Positions 9,844 through 20,000 of a DNA stretch of 20,000 nt are shown piece after piece. A model generated the notes under the pieces. That model had not been told where the DNA came from and ran no database searches. It saw nothing but the letters and a program-made list of their open reading frames with translations. This DNA is from Ionaspis alba (Eukaryota): the NCBI GenBank assembly GCA_964255285.1, contig CAXUUL010000015.1, positions 47,960-67,959 on the forward strand. The letters are read 5' to 3'. Position 1 is the stretch's first letter; every line of letters starts with the position of its first letter. A program made the position numbers and the translations under genes.

Positions 9844-11224
9844 CTAAACATGATTATCCGTCCTTTCCGTAGATTCCACCTCCCAACTCCTTACAACCCT
9901 AATCCTATCCGGATCGCCCTTTAACCTCGCCTGTTCTTCCTCGCTCGCGTCCAGATAAAGTGACTGGCTCGGCGAACTCGCCCCTTGCAGCTCCGGCACT
10001 TGATAACTCTTATCCTGCAGCTCCGCAAGCGGGTACTGGCCCTCCCTCAACTTGACGAAACTCCTTTTGTCCCCTACACTCGCACCATTCGAAGCCGTAT
10101 TTCGACTGCCTTGCAAGCGAACCTTGTTGGATTGATTGTGGCTATTGGATTTGCTGCCCCAGGAGGTGAATCTATCCCTGAAGATCTTGCGCAGGACGGG
10201 TTGCATAGTGGGTAGGCAGGCGTTGACGATGCCGAGGGAGGGTTCGAGGATGCTCCAGTAGTCGCCGCCGACGGAGGTGTAGGAGGTGTCGGTGACGTCC
10301 CAGTTTTTGAACCAGAGGACGCGTTGGAGGGAGATGATACAGATTCTGTATAAGGAGAACATGCATCAGTGGTCTTGCTTGGGCAATGGAAACGAAGGGA
10401 AAGGAAGTAAAAACTAACATTGCACCCAGACCAAACATGCCCATGACTTGCAACTTCCTCGAGAGCGTCAATTGCAGTTTCCACAACATCGGCATCGGCA
10501 GTGCCACCACGAGAAGATCGATTACTAGGTTCGTAACGCCCACCGCAAAATTGGTCTGATTTTGATTCTCGCAATGGCCACCCGGGATCGACTTGTCCCA
10601 GTTATAAGCGATCGGATGGCATGGTAGAAAAGGCTCCATGAGGACACCACCGAAGTAGCAGATAGTGATACCAATTGTGACATAGCATATCTTGCGGAAG
10701 ATGGGGTTGGGGAATATGCGAATGTAGAGAGAGACGATGGAGAGCTTGACGCATGTATTGGCACCGCCCCAAAGGAGTGGTTTGGGTATGAAGAGCTGAT
10801 GCTTATGTTAGTCGGCTGGAAAAGAAAAACACCGCCTTCTAGACTTCTCACCTTTAGAAAAGCTTCCTGCTGGGATGGAGATAAGTCATTGAAATGATAG
10901 CCTAGACCTCCCATTGTTATGGCTGAAAAGTTCCTTGTAAGCATTGGCCAGCCATGATTGTGCATCGCAAGGGGCTCACTGAGGAAGAATACGGTAGCCA
11001 GGCCAGTTGCAAGGACCTATCCTCAATCAATATACGGATATGGAGTAGCCCTGGCCAAAGACACAAGAACTTACTGTCGCCGTGATAACGGCATAATCGT
11101 CGAACGCCAACCTCAACTTCATGATCCTCCTCGACCATAACCGCGCCCCCAGCGCCAGATATGCTATACAGAGGCAGATAACAGATATAATGATCACAGT
11201 AACGGCACCTCCGGGGAGGCCCAT
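9844..11224 (-). CDS. PTH11-like (fungal rhodopsin-domain, no CFEM) integral membrane protein, 5 exons (11224-11075, 11016-10980, 10922-10852, 10795-10419, 10345-9844), ~378 aa
   Basis: Family motifs ARLWSR..DDY, GGLGYH, VKLSIVSLYIRIF, CHPIAYNWDKSIPGGHC, DLLVVALPMPMLWKLQL, WSILEPSLGIVNACLP, with several hydrophobic segments. All introns are GT-AG and frame-consistent. Confidence 0.9.
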
Positions 11225-13235
11225 GGCTGCGAACAAAGGAGCGTTGAGGGCAGAAAGGTAACGAGGACTGCTGTAGCTGTCGAAACACTTGCAGTGCACA
11301 AGAGGAATCAATTAAGATTCAATCAACGTCACGAACCCGAGTCATGGAAGTATACACGAGGGAATCTCGTTAGCCAAAAAAACAGAGGACGAGCGAAGGA
11401 TCAAAAAGAATTCCACTTTCCGGGAACGACATGCACGACCAATGGCGCACAGGTGTGCCTAGTCATCTCGACAACTAGACCAACCGTTACCTCATCCCCT
11501 CGAACCCCTTCACACAGCATAAGTCTTTTCATCCTGGACTAAACACAGCCTCTGCGCCGCTTCCCCACGTATCTCCAAAGCACATTACCCAGGGACCCCA
11601 ACTGGTAGGCTGCATTCAAAGCCTTAAAGTCCAACACTAGCCTCGAGCAATCGAGCCAAATGATTGGTCTAAATGCGAGGGCTAGGGCTCGGAAGCAGAA
11701 GATAACCGTGGTCGACATGGATCCGGATCCCTTTTGAAGATCGGCGAACTGGACCCCAAGCCCAGAACCCAGAATTTGAACACTTCCCGAGATACTGGGA
11801 GCGGCCCGTAAAGCATCATTTCGGGGCTTGTGGAGATCCTTGTTAGAGTGGTGACTATAAGGGGAACCTCAGTTGGAAGGCTGTTATGTTGTGCTCTGGA
11901 ATAGCGGCGAATCACGGATGGATCAGAATCAACATATTGCTCGTTGGACCCCTTCATGCGCGTGAAGTGAATCAGCAGCAAGATGAAGACTGTGGAGGCG
12001 GAGATTGAGCTGGCGTGCTCATTTATGCCCAGGATCGAGGAAGTTTAGAGGCGGCACAACAATTGAAAGTCTATGACCAAAGGCTTTCAAAGGCCAGCAT
12101 CTGCCGGTTCCACGGCCACATTCGCGACATGTCATCGTCACAAATTTGCGCAGGGTCGCGTTGTGCTACATATATGAAGCGGCCACATGCATGAATATCA
12201 TTGTATGCATCTTATATCAGAGGATGAGGCTGATGCGAGCATGCGGCGGTTGTCAGGAAGGGCTGCTTCGATTGGCGATAGTTGCACCTTGTAGTCATGA
12301 CGAGATGGTAAAGGATTAGGATGAAAATCTGCCCTGCATTGCTTGACGGAATTGTCATACGCATAGACCATTAGGATTTTCCGAGGGCTTAGGAGGAAGT
12401 ATGTCATTTTGGTGTCATCACTATGATTCTGTGAGCATCGGACGGCTTGGAGATAACGACACAAACGATAAATGCCAATTGCTTTTGATTTTTGATTGAC
12501 CAGTAAACAAATTGGTAGGTGATTGGCGCCCTCGATTGCATTGGTGCAGGGAGGAAATAGGCGGAGCAGCCGCTAGGTGCGTCGTGGCGCATTGCGGTTG
12601 TTTTGCTCGGCGTCGCTACGCGGCCCTGGTTTTGAAAGTTGCGGCGACCTTCTCGGTGCCTTTATAGGACTGATGCAAGATAGGCTGTAGGATATCATTA
12701 TAGTATTCGCCGACCAGTCGCCTACTACATAAGAGCTCCTTTCAGCTTCGCCGAAGGCGCGCAGGTGTGATGCAATTGATTGAATGAATGCCCGTCAAAT
12801 GTTAGGAAGAACTACGTGTCCACATTTTTGTTCCGATATTGAATTTTTCTATATACACGCAGCCTACCTTCTCCCTTTTCTCGGATAGCTTTGCTTAGAT
12901 TTGGTAGAAGTCAAGAACGAGTTTGAGGACAGGTCGTTGAAGACAATTGCTTTGATCCTCGCCAAGCTGTCGGGCGAACACAAAAGCTTGTTCTGTACGA
13001 TTGCGCTTTTAGAAATGTTGGCAGTGGACGGACTGTTATTATTGTCAGCCAGAAACGCAGCCGAAATCGTCTGCGATGAAAGACTCGCTAATTCTCTTGA
13101 TGGCTCCTGCCATAATATATTTCACCGTGGTGGCCTCACTGGTTCACGGGTGCCATAGACGCGATCCAGAACTGGATCTGTGACTATCGATATCCGTGGC
13201 TGCTCCATAAGAACGACAGGCTTGACAGCCGTTAA

Positions 13236-13756
13236 GTTGATGCCGAAGAAAAGGTCTGCTCTGAGAAGGTCGCAAGATGGTAAGTGGGTAGGAACGTAGT
13301 CATTGGAATCGCAGAGGAAAAAGCAGAACCTCCGAACTAATGAATCCCGCGAAAATTTCCTAGACAAAGCTCTGACGATAGGGGGCGGGAAGCATTGAGC
13401 CCTCCACGCGTGATAAAGAGCGTTGAATGTCTTTGTGGCCGACCTCGATCAATTCAATCTGTACGAAACGAGATGTCAAGAGTAGAAGAGCCTGTGACCA
13501 GGCCATTATCACCACCAGAATTCTGGGTGACAGGCTGTGCTTTTGTCATTGAATTACAAAAATTCGTCCTGACCTGACAACACAGAGACCGTGGTACAAT
13601 CGGAGGAGCCTCCCAGTAACCCTCACCAATGTTGTATACAGCGGAGGAACAGTAGAGGCAACTGTACTAAATACAACAGCTCCAATAAAACGGTACACGG
13701 AGCCAGATAACATTGAGTCACCGGTTCCAGGACAAGCCAAGGGAGCGAAGAATTAG
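13236..13756 (+). pseudogene. Possible orphan spliced gene remnant (putative exons ~13236-13279, 13382-13526, 13586-13756)
   Basis: GTAAGT..CTGAC..TAG (13280-13381) and GTGACA..CTGAC..CAG (13527-13585) join three segments in one open frame ending at TAG 13756. There is no in-frame ATG and no recognisable homology. Confidence 0.3.
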
Positions 13757-14053
13757 TATGGTTTAGAAGTCAAGTGGTAGTGAAATATGATGCCCAGTGA
13801 TTATAACATCTTCGATGACGGTCCTGTAGGCTGAACCACAAAGAGCAGATTGATGAAAAGCACGAAGCAAGCAGTGTTGCCTATGAGCAATTCATGGTCG
13901 GCACAACGAACTCTAGCGTGATGCTCTACTAGCGCCTCGCTTAGCTCCCACACATCGAAATTGCTTGGAGCTGCAAACACCAAGGCGAGTCTCACACCAC
14001 GACCACAACAACAGCATCACCACAGTTCCCATCTTGACCTTACCACCGTCAAG

Positions 14054-14905
14054 ATGAAGCTCAACATCTCCTACCCGGCGAATGGCTCGCAAAAGCTCAT
14101 CGAAATCGAAGACGAGCGCAAACTCCGCATCTTCATGGACCGCCGCATGGGGGCCGAAGTCCCCGGAGACAGCGTCGGCGACGAGTTCAAAGGCTATCAA
14201 TTTCGCATCACCGGTGGCAACGACAAGCAAGGTTTTCCCATGAAGCAAGGGGTTATGCATCCTACGCGTGTGCGTCTATTGCTGGCGGATGGGCACTCGT
14301 GCTATCGTCCCCGACGGACGGGCGAGCGCAAAAGGAAGAGTGTGCGTGGGTGCATTGTGGCGATGGATTTGAGCGTGTTAGCTCTCAGTATCGTGAAGAA
14401 GGGCGAGGGCGAGATTCCTGGATTGACGGATCGGGTAGAGCCAAAGAGGTTGGGACCGAAGAGAGCAACCAAGATAAGGAGATTCTTTGGATTGACGAAA
14501 GAGGATGATGTGCGTTTCGACCGGATATTTGTTGCTACTGGACAAGATACTGATGGTTTGTGTCATCCAGGTTCGCAAGTTTGTGATTCGTCGTGAAGTC
14601 CAGCCAAAGGGCGAGGGCAAGAAACCATACACCAAAGCACCGAAGATCCAGCGTCTCGTTACTCCTCAGCGTCTCCAGCACAAGCGTCGTCGTATTGCCC
14701 TTAAGCGCAGACAGGCAGAGCGTGTCAAGGACGCAGCCGTAAGTCATACACTTTACGTGCTTTGATTTGCAAGGGTAACACAAATACTAATCAATCTTCT
14801 TTTACTTAGAACGAGTACGCCGCGATCCTCGCGAAACGGGTCCACGAAGAAAAGGAGAAGCGCACGGAGCTCCGCAAGAGGAGAGCCAGTTCAATGAAGA
14901 AGTAG
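14054..14905 (+). CDS. RPS6: 40S ribosomal protein S6 (eS6), 3 exons (14054-14509, 14571-14738, 14810-14905), 239 aa
   Basis: [14 protein letters not shown]...[14 protein letters not shown]...[14 protein letters not shown]...RLGPKRA...[11 protein letters not shown]...[10 protein letters not shown]. Canonical introns. Confidence 0.98.
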
Positions 14906-15248
14906 GGGGGAATAGTGTTGGAATGAAGGAGAGCAATGGAGCACAGTCGAGTTTGGAGGACGACGCGGTTGATTCTTGCTGTGCTGTATCTGTCTAGTGT
15001 GATAGAGAACAGCGAACGGCCTGATGACCATGCTTGCTATTCGCTATCTAGACTACGGAAAAGTCTTGTAGCATAAAGCTGGTTGAATCTGATAGACACT
15101 TGCATTTCAGATTCCGATCTCCACACTTGCTCCATGGACTCTTCTATACGCGTTCTATGTGTAATCATCACACGTGCAAACATTTCCGTGAACTTTTTCC
15201 ATGCCAAGAAAGCCATTTCAACCCACTCTGATCGTCCTCCACCATCAC

Positions 15249-18200
15249 TCAGACATTCTCAAACTGAAAGGTCGGACAACCCGGCACCGCAGCCTCCGCA
15301 CTCGACCCCAATCCCTCTCTGATACCTCCCTCGCCATCACCAACCACTACTCTCCCATTCCCGCCCTCCTCGACGGCCACAACATCCACAGCCTTACACC
15401 CCGTCGTCCTCCTCAAACCAGCCACCATCTCCTTGAGCGTACCCAACTCATCAAACGCCAACTTCCTTTCAAAGACATGTTCCGGCTTCTCCCCACCCTG
15501 CACCAACCTCTTCCTCAACGCTTGCACAAACGGCATAGCCTTCTTCGTCTCTCCCATCTTAGCAACACGACCGACAAGCTCCTTCTCGTTGGCCAGGTGT
15601 GTCTTCTCAAATTCTGCCCGCACGAGATCAATGTACTTTTCCTGCCAGGTGGGATAGGCAGTGGCGGCGTAGATGGTGAGCTTCTTCGGGAGTTTGGGAT
15701 CAAAAGCGATGGTTTTGCCTTTGTCTTTCTTCTTGAGCTGGGAGGCTTCGGCGGACGTGATGGCGGAAGAGGTGGTGCGGACGTAGTCGCGAGCGGCAGA
15801 GATTGCAGGGTCGGAGGGAGGACAAGTCGGGTAGAGGGCATTCTGGATTGTGGTGGGCTGTTGGATTTATAAGGTTTAGAAGCTTGAACATAGATGCAGC
15901 ACGCTATCATTGCTTACCTTTTGCAAGATTTCTTGCCAGATATAATCGGACCAATGGGGGGCAATAGGTGTGAGGAGGAGCGCTTGCAATTCGATGTAAC
16001 GGAACACGAGGTCGTGGTGCATGCCGACTTGAGCACCAGCGGTAGCTTCACGGTAGAAGTCTCGACAACTGGTGAAGTCGTACAAGGCAGATTTGAGGGC
16101 GAGTTTATAGTCTGTTCTATTCACATGTTAGCAAGGCTAGAATTTTGGAGTGTTTCTGTGCTCACGCTGCATAGTGTTTCTTTGCTTCGTGCACCAAACT
16201 ATTCATCTCGTTCTCGAAGAGCTTGTCCCAAAATCCATCTGGCTGTCCTGTTCGCAAAGACTTGTCTTTGACCACTTCCTCTATCCATTCCTTGAGCGTG
16301 AATAAACGTAGGATGCTGCTATTAGCAACAGTCTCCTCGAAATTGGCATCCTCAACTCCATCTCCAGCGTCAGCTAGAGCCACGCGACTAGCATCGGCTC
16401 CGAACTTTTTCACAGCGTCATTCAAGGTCAAAAAATTGCCTGTGCTCTTGCTCATCTTCTCTCCGTTGAGTAATAAGTGGCCATTCGCTCGAATCCCTTG
16501 TGGCCAGTACTCTCGGGGAAAGAGTGCGATATGAATGTAAAGGAAGAAAGTCAGATGGTTAGGAATCAAGTCTTTCCCCGAAATCCGCATGTCAAGGGGA
16601 TACCAGTACTCGAACTCCCGTCGCATGGTCTCTAAATCAGACCTTTTGATCCCGCTTTTTTCTATTAACGCATCGCTCAACTCAGACCTGCAAAACAAAT
16701 AGTCCCAGATCTCGTCTATCATCTGCTCCGGTTTAATGCTGAAAATGCCTGGATTTCTTCCGAATACATCGCTATGCAAGAAATGCGCAATGGTGTAGTA
16801 TGACATGTAGATCGTACTGTCGCTAAGACTCTCAACAAGAAATTTAGTATCCCAAGGAAGCTTTGAGCCGAGTCCATATGTCCTTGCGCAAGCCCATCTG
16901 TTAAGCCACTCCAGGTTCTTCTCCAAACCGTTCTGGGTCTCAGATGTGTAACACTCCAAATCACTGCCAACGTAGTCGACGACTTGTTGACGCCACTCTG
17001 GATCATTCTCCCCATAATTCAAGAACCACTGCCCCAAGTATGCAACCACGCACTCGTCCCCACTTCGGCTGACGACATGACCATTAGGTTCCGCATACTC
17101 AAAAGCCTCCCCAGACTTGATCAATGCCGCTTTGACCTTGGCCTTTGCTACTTCGACTGGTTGCCCCTTGAATTCACCAATCAACATAGTTCCTTTATAG
17201 TACCCCTCCTTGTATGCGAGTTCTTTAGCTTCGGCAAGCTGCTTCGCGTCTTTCGGGGAATTAATTTTCATCTTCTCGACTAGGAATTTAGCAGTAAGGT
17301 TTCCATAGGATGGTGTCTCGATGATCGGTGGCATCTCCAATTCTGCCCACTCCTTCTTGATGCCATAGTATTCGGCTTTCTTCGCCAGGTCTTTCACCGT
17401 GGCGTAGTCATCTGGGCTGTCAGAAGGGACAGAAGTCACAACTCCAGTACCTTTGCTCGGAAGGACCGACTCCATGGGAAGTATTCGGACACCTTCAGTA
17501 TGTATTGATAATGGTGCTGTGACGAGAGTACCGACCAACGAAGACCCTGGGAGTTCAGCGACTGCTTGCAACTCGCTCTCGTCCCTAGGAAATTGGTCAC
17601 TCTTGAAAAAGGTGCCTTGAAATGCCATATTCCATGCCGCCCTTTTAGTCACAACGTAGTATTCTTTTTCAGACACTTTGAAGACGCCGTAATTTATTTT
17701 CGGTCCCACGAAACAACATGTTTGCCCATACATCGTCTCTGGTCGAAGTGTAGCAGGGACAAGGTAGACGTTCGCCTGGTCTGGAATCTTTCCTTTGATA
17801 AGCTCCTTAGCTTTAGGAGCCCACTCTTTCACCTTGAGTTTCAACGCCGTGTAGTCCTGAGGTGCAACACCTTCACCCTCTGTTCGATCGTGATCCATAC
17901 ATGGTTGGCCATCCTTGGGAGAGTAAACAGTATATCGAACACCATATTGTATCTTGTCCAATTCCTTAAGACGATTCATCTGCCACCGAACAAAAGCATC
18001 ATAGTATGGATTTGCATCAGTGGTAACAAAGGAGCGCCTCCAGTCTATCCGAGCCCCAAAGTTATTGAGATCCTGCTTACAGAGCGAAGGGAAGTATTCA
18101 AGCCAGTAGGAGGCATCAGCGAATCTGTGAATCTCCTCCCTCGGTATCCCTAACGCAAGCATGATCTGAAATTGGTACTTGAGCTTGACGGCCTTTGCAG

Positions 18201-18807
18201 AAGCTTTACCCTTCTTTGAGGTGAACTTTGTGATGTCTTCCTTCGTCTGGCCCTGGGTTGGTGCTGGAGGCGCCCCATCCACACTACTTGTATCTTCCTC
18301 CTCGTAGCGCTCAAAGTTGGTGCCAAATCTCTTTACGTCCTCGACTAGCTTGTCGGCGCAAGCTTTGATCGGCATGCCAGTGCAATGAAAGCCCAAGGGA
18401 AACAAGACCCTCTTTCCCTCCATCCTGGCAAATCCTGCTGTAAATTCGACCTTGCTTGCTGTAAAGCTGTGTCCAGCATGAAGCGTTCCATTCATGTATG
18501 GGTAGGCAAAGGTGCCAAAGTACTTTGGGTGCTTCTGCCGTAGCTCTGCCGGATTGATCGAGCCGGTGGGTATCTCTTTCGTGCTCGGGGCATTTGCTTG
18601 GAAGACTCCAGACTCTTGCCATTGAGCCTGGTATTTCTTTTCTATGGCTATGAGGGCGTCTCTTTTTTCTGTCTGAAGTGGCCATAGGTATCAGCCTATC
18701 AAAGATGCTAGTCTCACAAACACCATACGTACATTCTCGAGCTTCAACATATTGTTAGGGCTGTTTCCTGGATCCAAGGCATCATTTGTACCATTGACAG
18801 CTGCCAT
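15249..18807 (-). CDS. CDC60: Cytosolic leucyl-tRNA synthetase, 4 exons (18807-18733, 18672-16166, 16116-15918, 15857-15249), ~1129 aa
   Basis: YPYMNGTLHAGH (HIGH motif), editing domain ATLRPET and GTGVVTSVPSDSPDD, ESLSDSTIY, KMSKS. Canonical introns keep the frame. Confidence 0.97.
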
Positions 18808-18932
18808 TTTGGATTCTAAGCCCTTACGCCTGAGTCCTATGACAATATCGTAAGAGTAACGTGAGAAGTCCAATACTTCTCGAATTATTTGCTCAGCAGG
18901 GACTATCAGTCATGAATCGCGAAGTTCGCGAC

Positions 18933-18939
18933 TGAGTCA
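18933..18939. promoter_or_regulatory. Gcn4/CpcA/CPC-1 response element (TGAGTCA = TGACTCA on the minus strand), 126 bp upstream of the LeuRS ATG
   Basis: Perfect consensus in the short LYS2-LeuRS intergenic region. Aminoacyl-tRNA synthetases are known cross-pathway-control targets. Confidence 0.65.
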
Positions 18940-19054
18940 AAGTTTGCGAAGTTTGCACCGTTTGCATACAACATGGTTATGCCCTAGTACATTCTAAAGG
19001 TCATTATTGAGGTGGAGGTCTTAATTTGTTGATAATCATCTACTCGGCCCAGCT

Positions 19055-20000
19055 CTATAATACTGCACCTCTGCCGCCTATGTGCTCCTGCGCAGCTTTC
19101 TGCTCCTTTGATAGTTCAATATCTGGTAATGCCAATCCCCTGCCTGCTTCCGGTGGCGGCAGGAAACCAATGGCACACAGGTATTTGAGATATCTGCCTA
19201 CGAGGTCTTTTGTGACGGTGCTGCCAGCAGAGCGGTCATCACTAGTCCACTTGGTATCAGATCGAAGGGCCGTTGACGCATTCGTATCGTCGAGCTCGGG
19301 TGCTTCTGTTTTGGCTGGAAGATCATCTGTTACGAAATGGTAGAGAGGCATGCTAACGGTTTACACATTAGCGATCACTCAACCGACTCTCAGATTGACT
19401 TACAGAGCATGTTGGGCGTCGTCTTTCTGCACACCGTCTGCAACATATCTTTCTAGCTTTGCTCTCCAAGCTGAATAGTCAACTTCTGGGGTTCGATATC
19501 CATATGTCTCTAGAGTTGAAAGAAATTCATTGAAACGAAGGCGAGGGTGACTAGTGACTTGGGCAACGCCGAGTGGAGATGTTGGGGGGTGGAGCGCGGA
19601 CGCGACGACAACCCGAGCGACATGATCCACAGGTACCATATTGACAGTGTTGACGATATGCGGCCTGCTTGACAGTTGAATGCATCCTTTAAGCATGCGG
19701 ATCAGAAAGTCGTCGGTGTTAGTCACTAGCTCTAGTCAGCCTGGGGAGTGCTTTGACGAACAAGAAGAACAATCCTACCTCCTGATTTAGAGTCTCCAAG
19801 AACATAGCCAGGCCGAACGATGGTGCCGGTAAGCCCGCTAAGTCCTGCTGATCTGACCAGATACTCGCCGACCCATTTGCTCTGTCCATAACCTGTGGCT
19901 AGACCTGTGCTACTACCATCTAGCGTATCAGTCTCTGGTACACCTTTTCCACCATTCTTAAGACTCTGGCGGGAAAGCTGTACGTAGTGGTCGGTATCGA
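19055..20000 (-). CDS. LYS2: L-2-aminoadipate reductase, C-terminal thioester-reductase domain (5'-partial; exons >20000-19779, 19725-19404, 19352-19055)
   Basis: GLATGYGQSKWVGEYLVR...IVRPGYVLGD..G|VTNTDDFLIRMLKGCIQL..RP..NTVNMVPVDHVAR...HAL|MPLYHFV...APELDD...GFLPPP...GGRG matches the fungal Lys2 C-terminus. Confidence 0.93.

Noticed and set aside
11300..12900. Short ORFs and small palindromes (e.g. GGATCCGGATCC near 11719) in the long intergenic region
   Set aside because: No motifs, terminal repeats or coherent gene structure. Most likely the promoter region of the PTH11-like gene.
15201..18685. Long antisense or alternate-frame ORFs over LeuRS (similarly 251-829 over the P450, and those over PRS3)
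   Set aside because: They are shadows of codon bias in real genes and have no independent protein features.
18893..18913. Minus-strand uORF MTDSPC* upstream of LeuRS
   Set aside because: It begins immediately next to the upstream activating element, so it probably lies 5' of the transcription start. It cannot be supported without TSS data.

Overview
Eukaryotic, gene-dense genomic DNA from a filamentous ascomycete (Pezizomycotina-type genes with short GT-AG introns and CTRAY branch sites; finer taxonomy is not determinable here). It comes from a draft short-read scaffold with three 100-N gaps. Gene order: cytochrome P450 (+); an intronless ~750-codon gene of unknown function broken by one in-frame TAG (-); DPH3/KTI11 (+); AP-3 sigma subunit (-); frataxin (+, 5' end lost in a gap); ribose-phosphate pyrophosphokinase, PRS3-like (-); PTH11-like rhodopsin-domain membrane protein (-); a possible orphan spliced gene or pseudogene (+); RPS6 (+); cytosolic leucyl-tRNA synthetase (-); and the 3' end of LYS2 (-). 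Two of the gaps are flanked by identical 55-bp duplications and are assembly artefacts that can be closed by hand. The region is mostly housekeeping and I see no clearly new multi-gene system. The best leads are the nonsense-interrupted unknown gene, a Gcn4/CpcA site embedded in a 9-bp phased repeat array upstream of LeuRS, a 3-codon uORF before PRS3, and the cryptic spliced locus upstream of RPS6.
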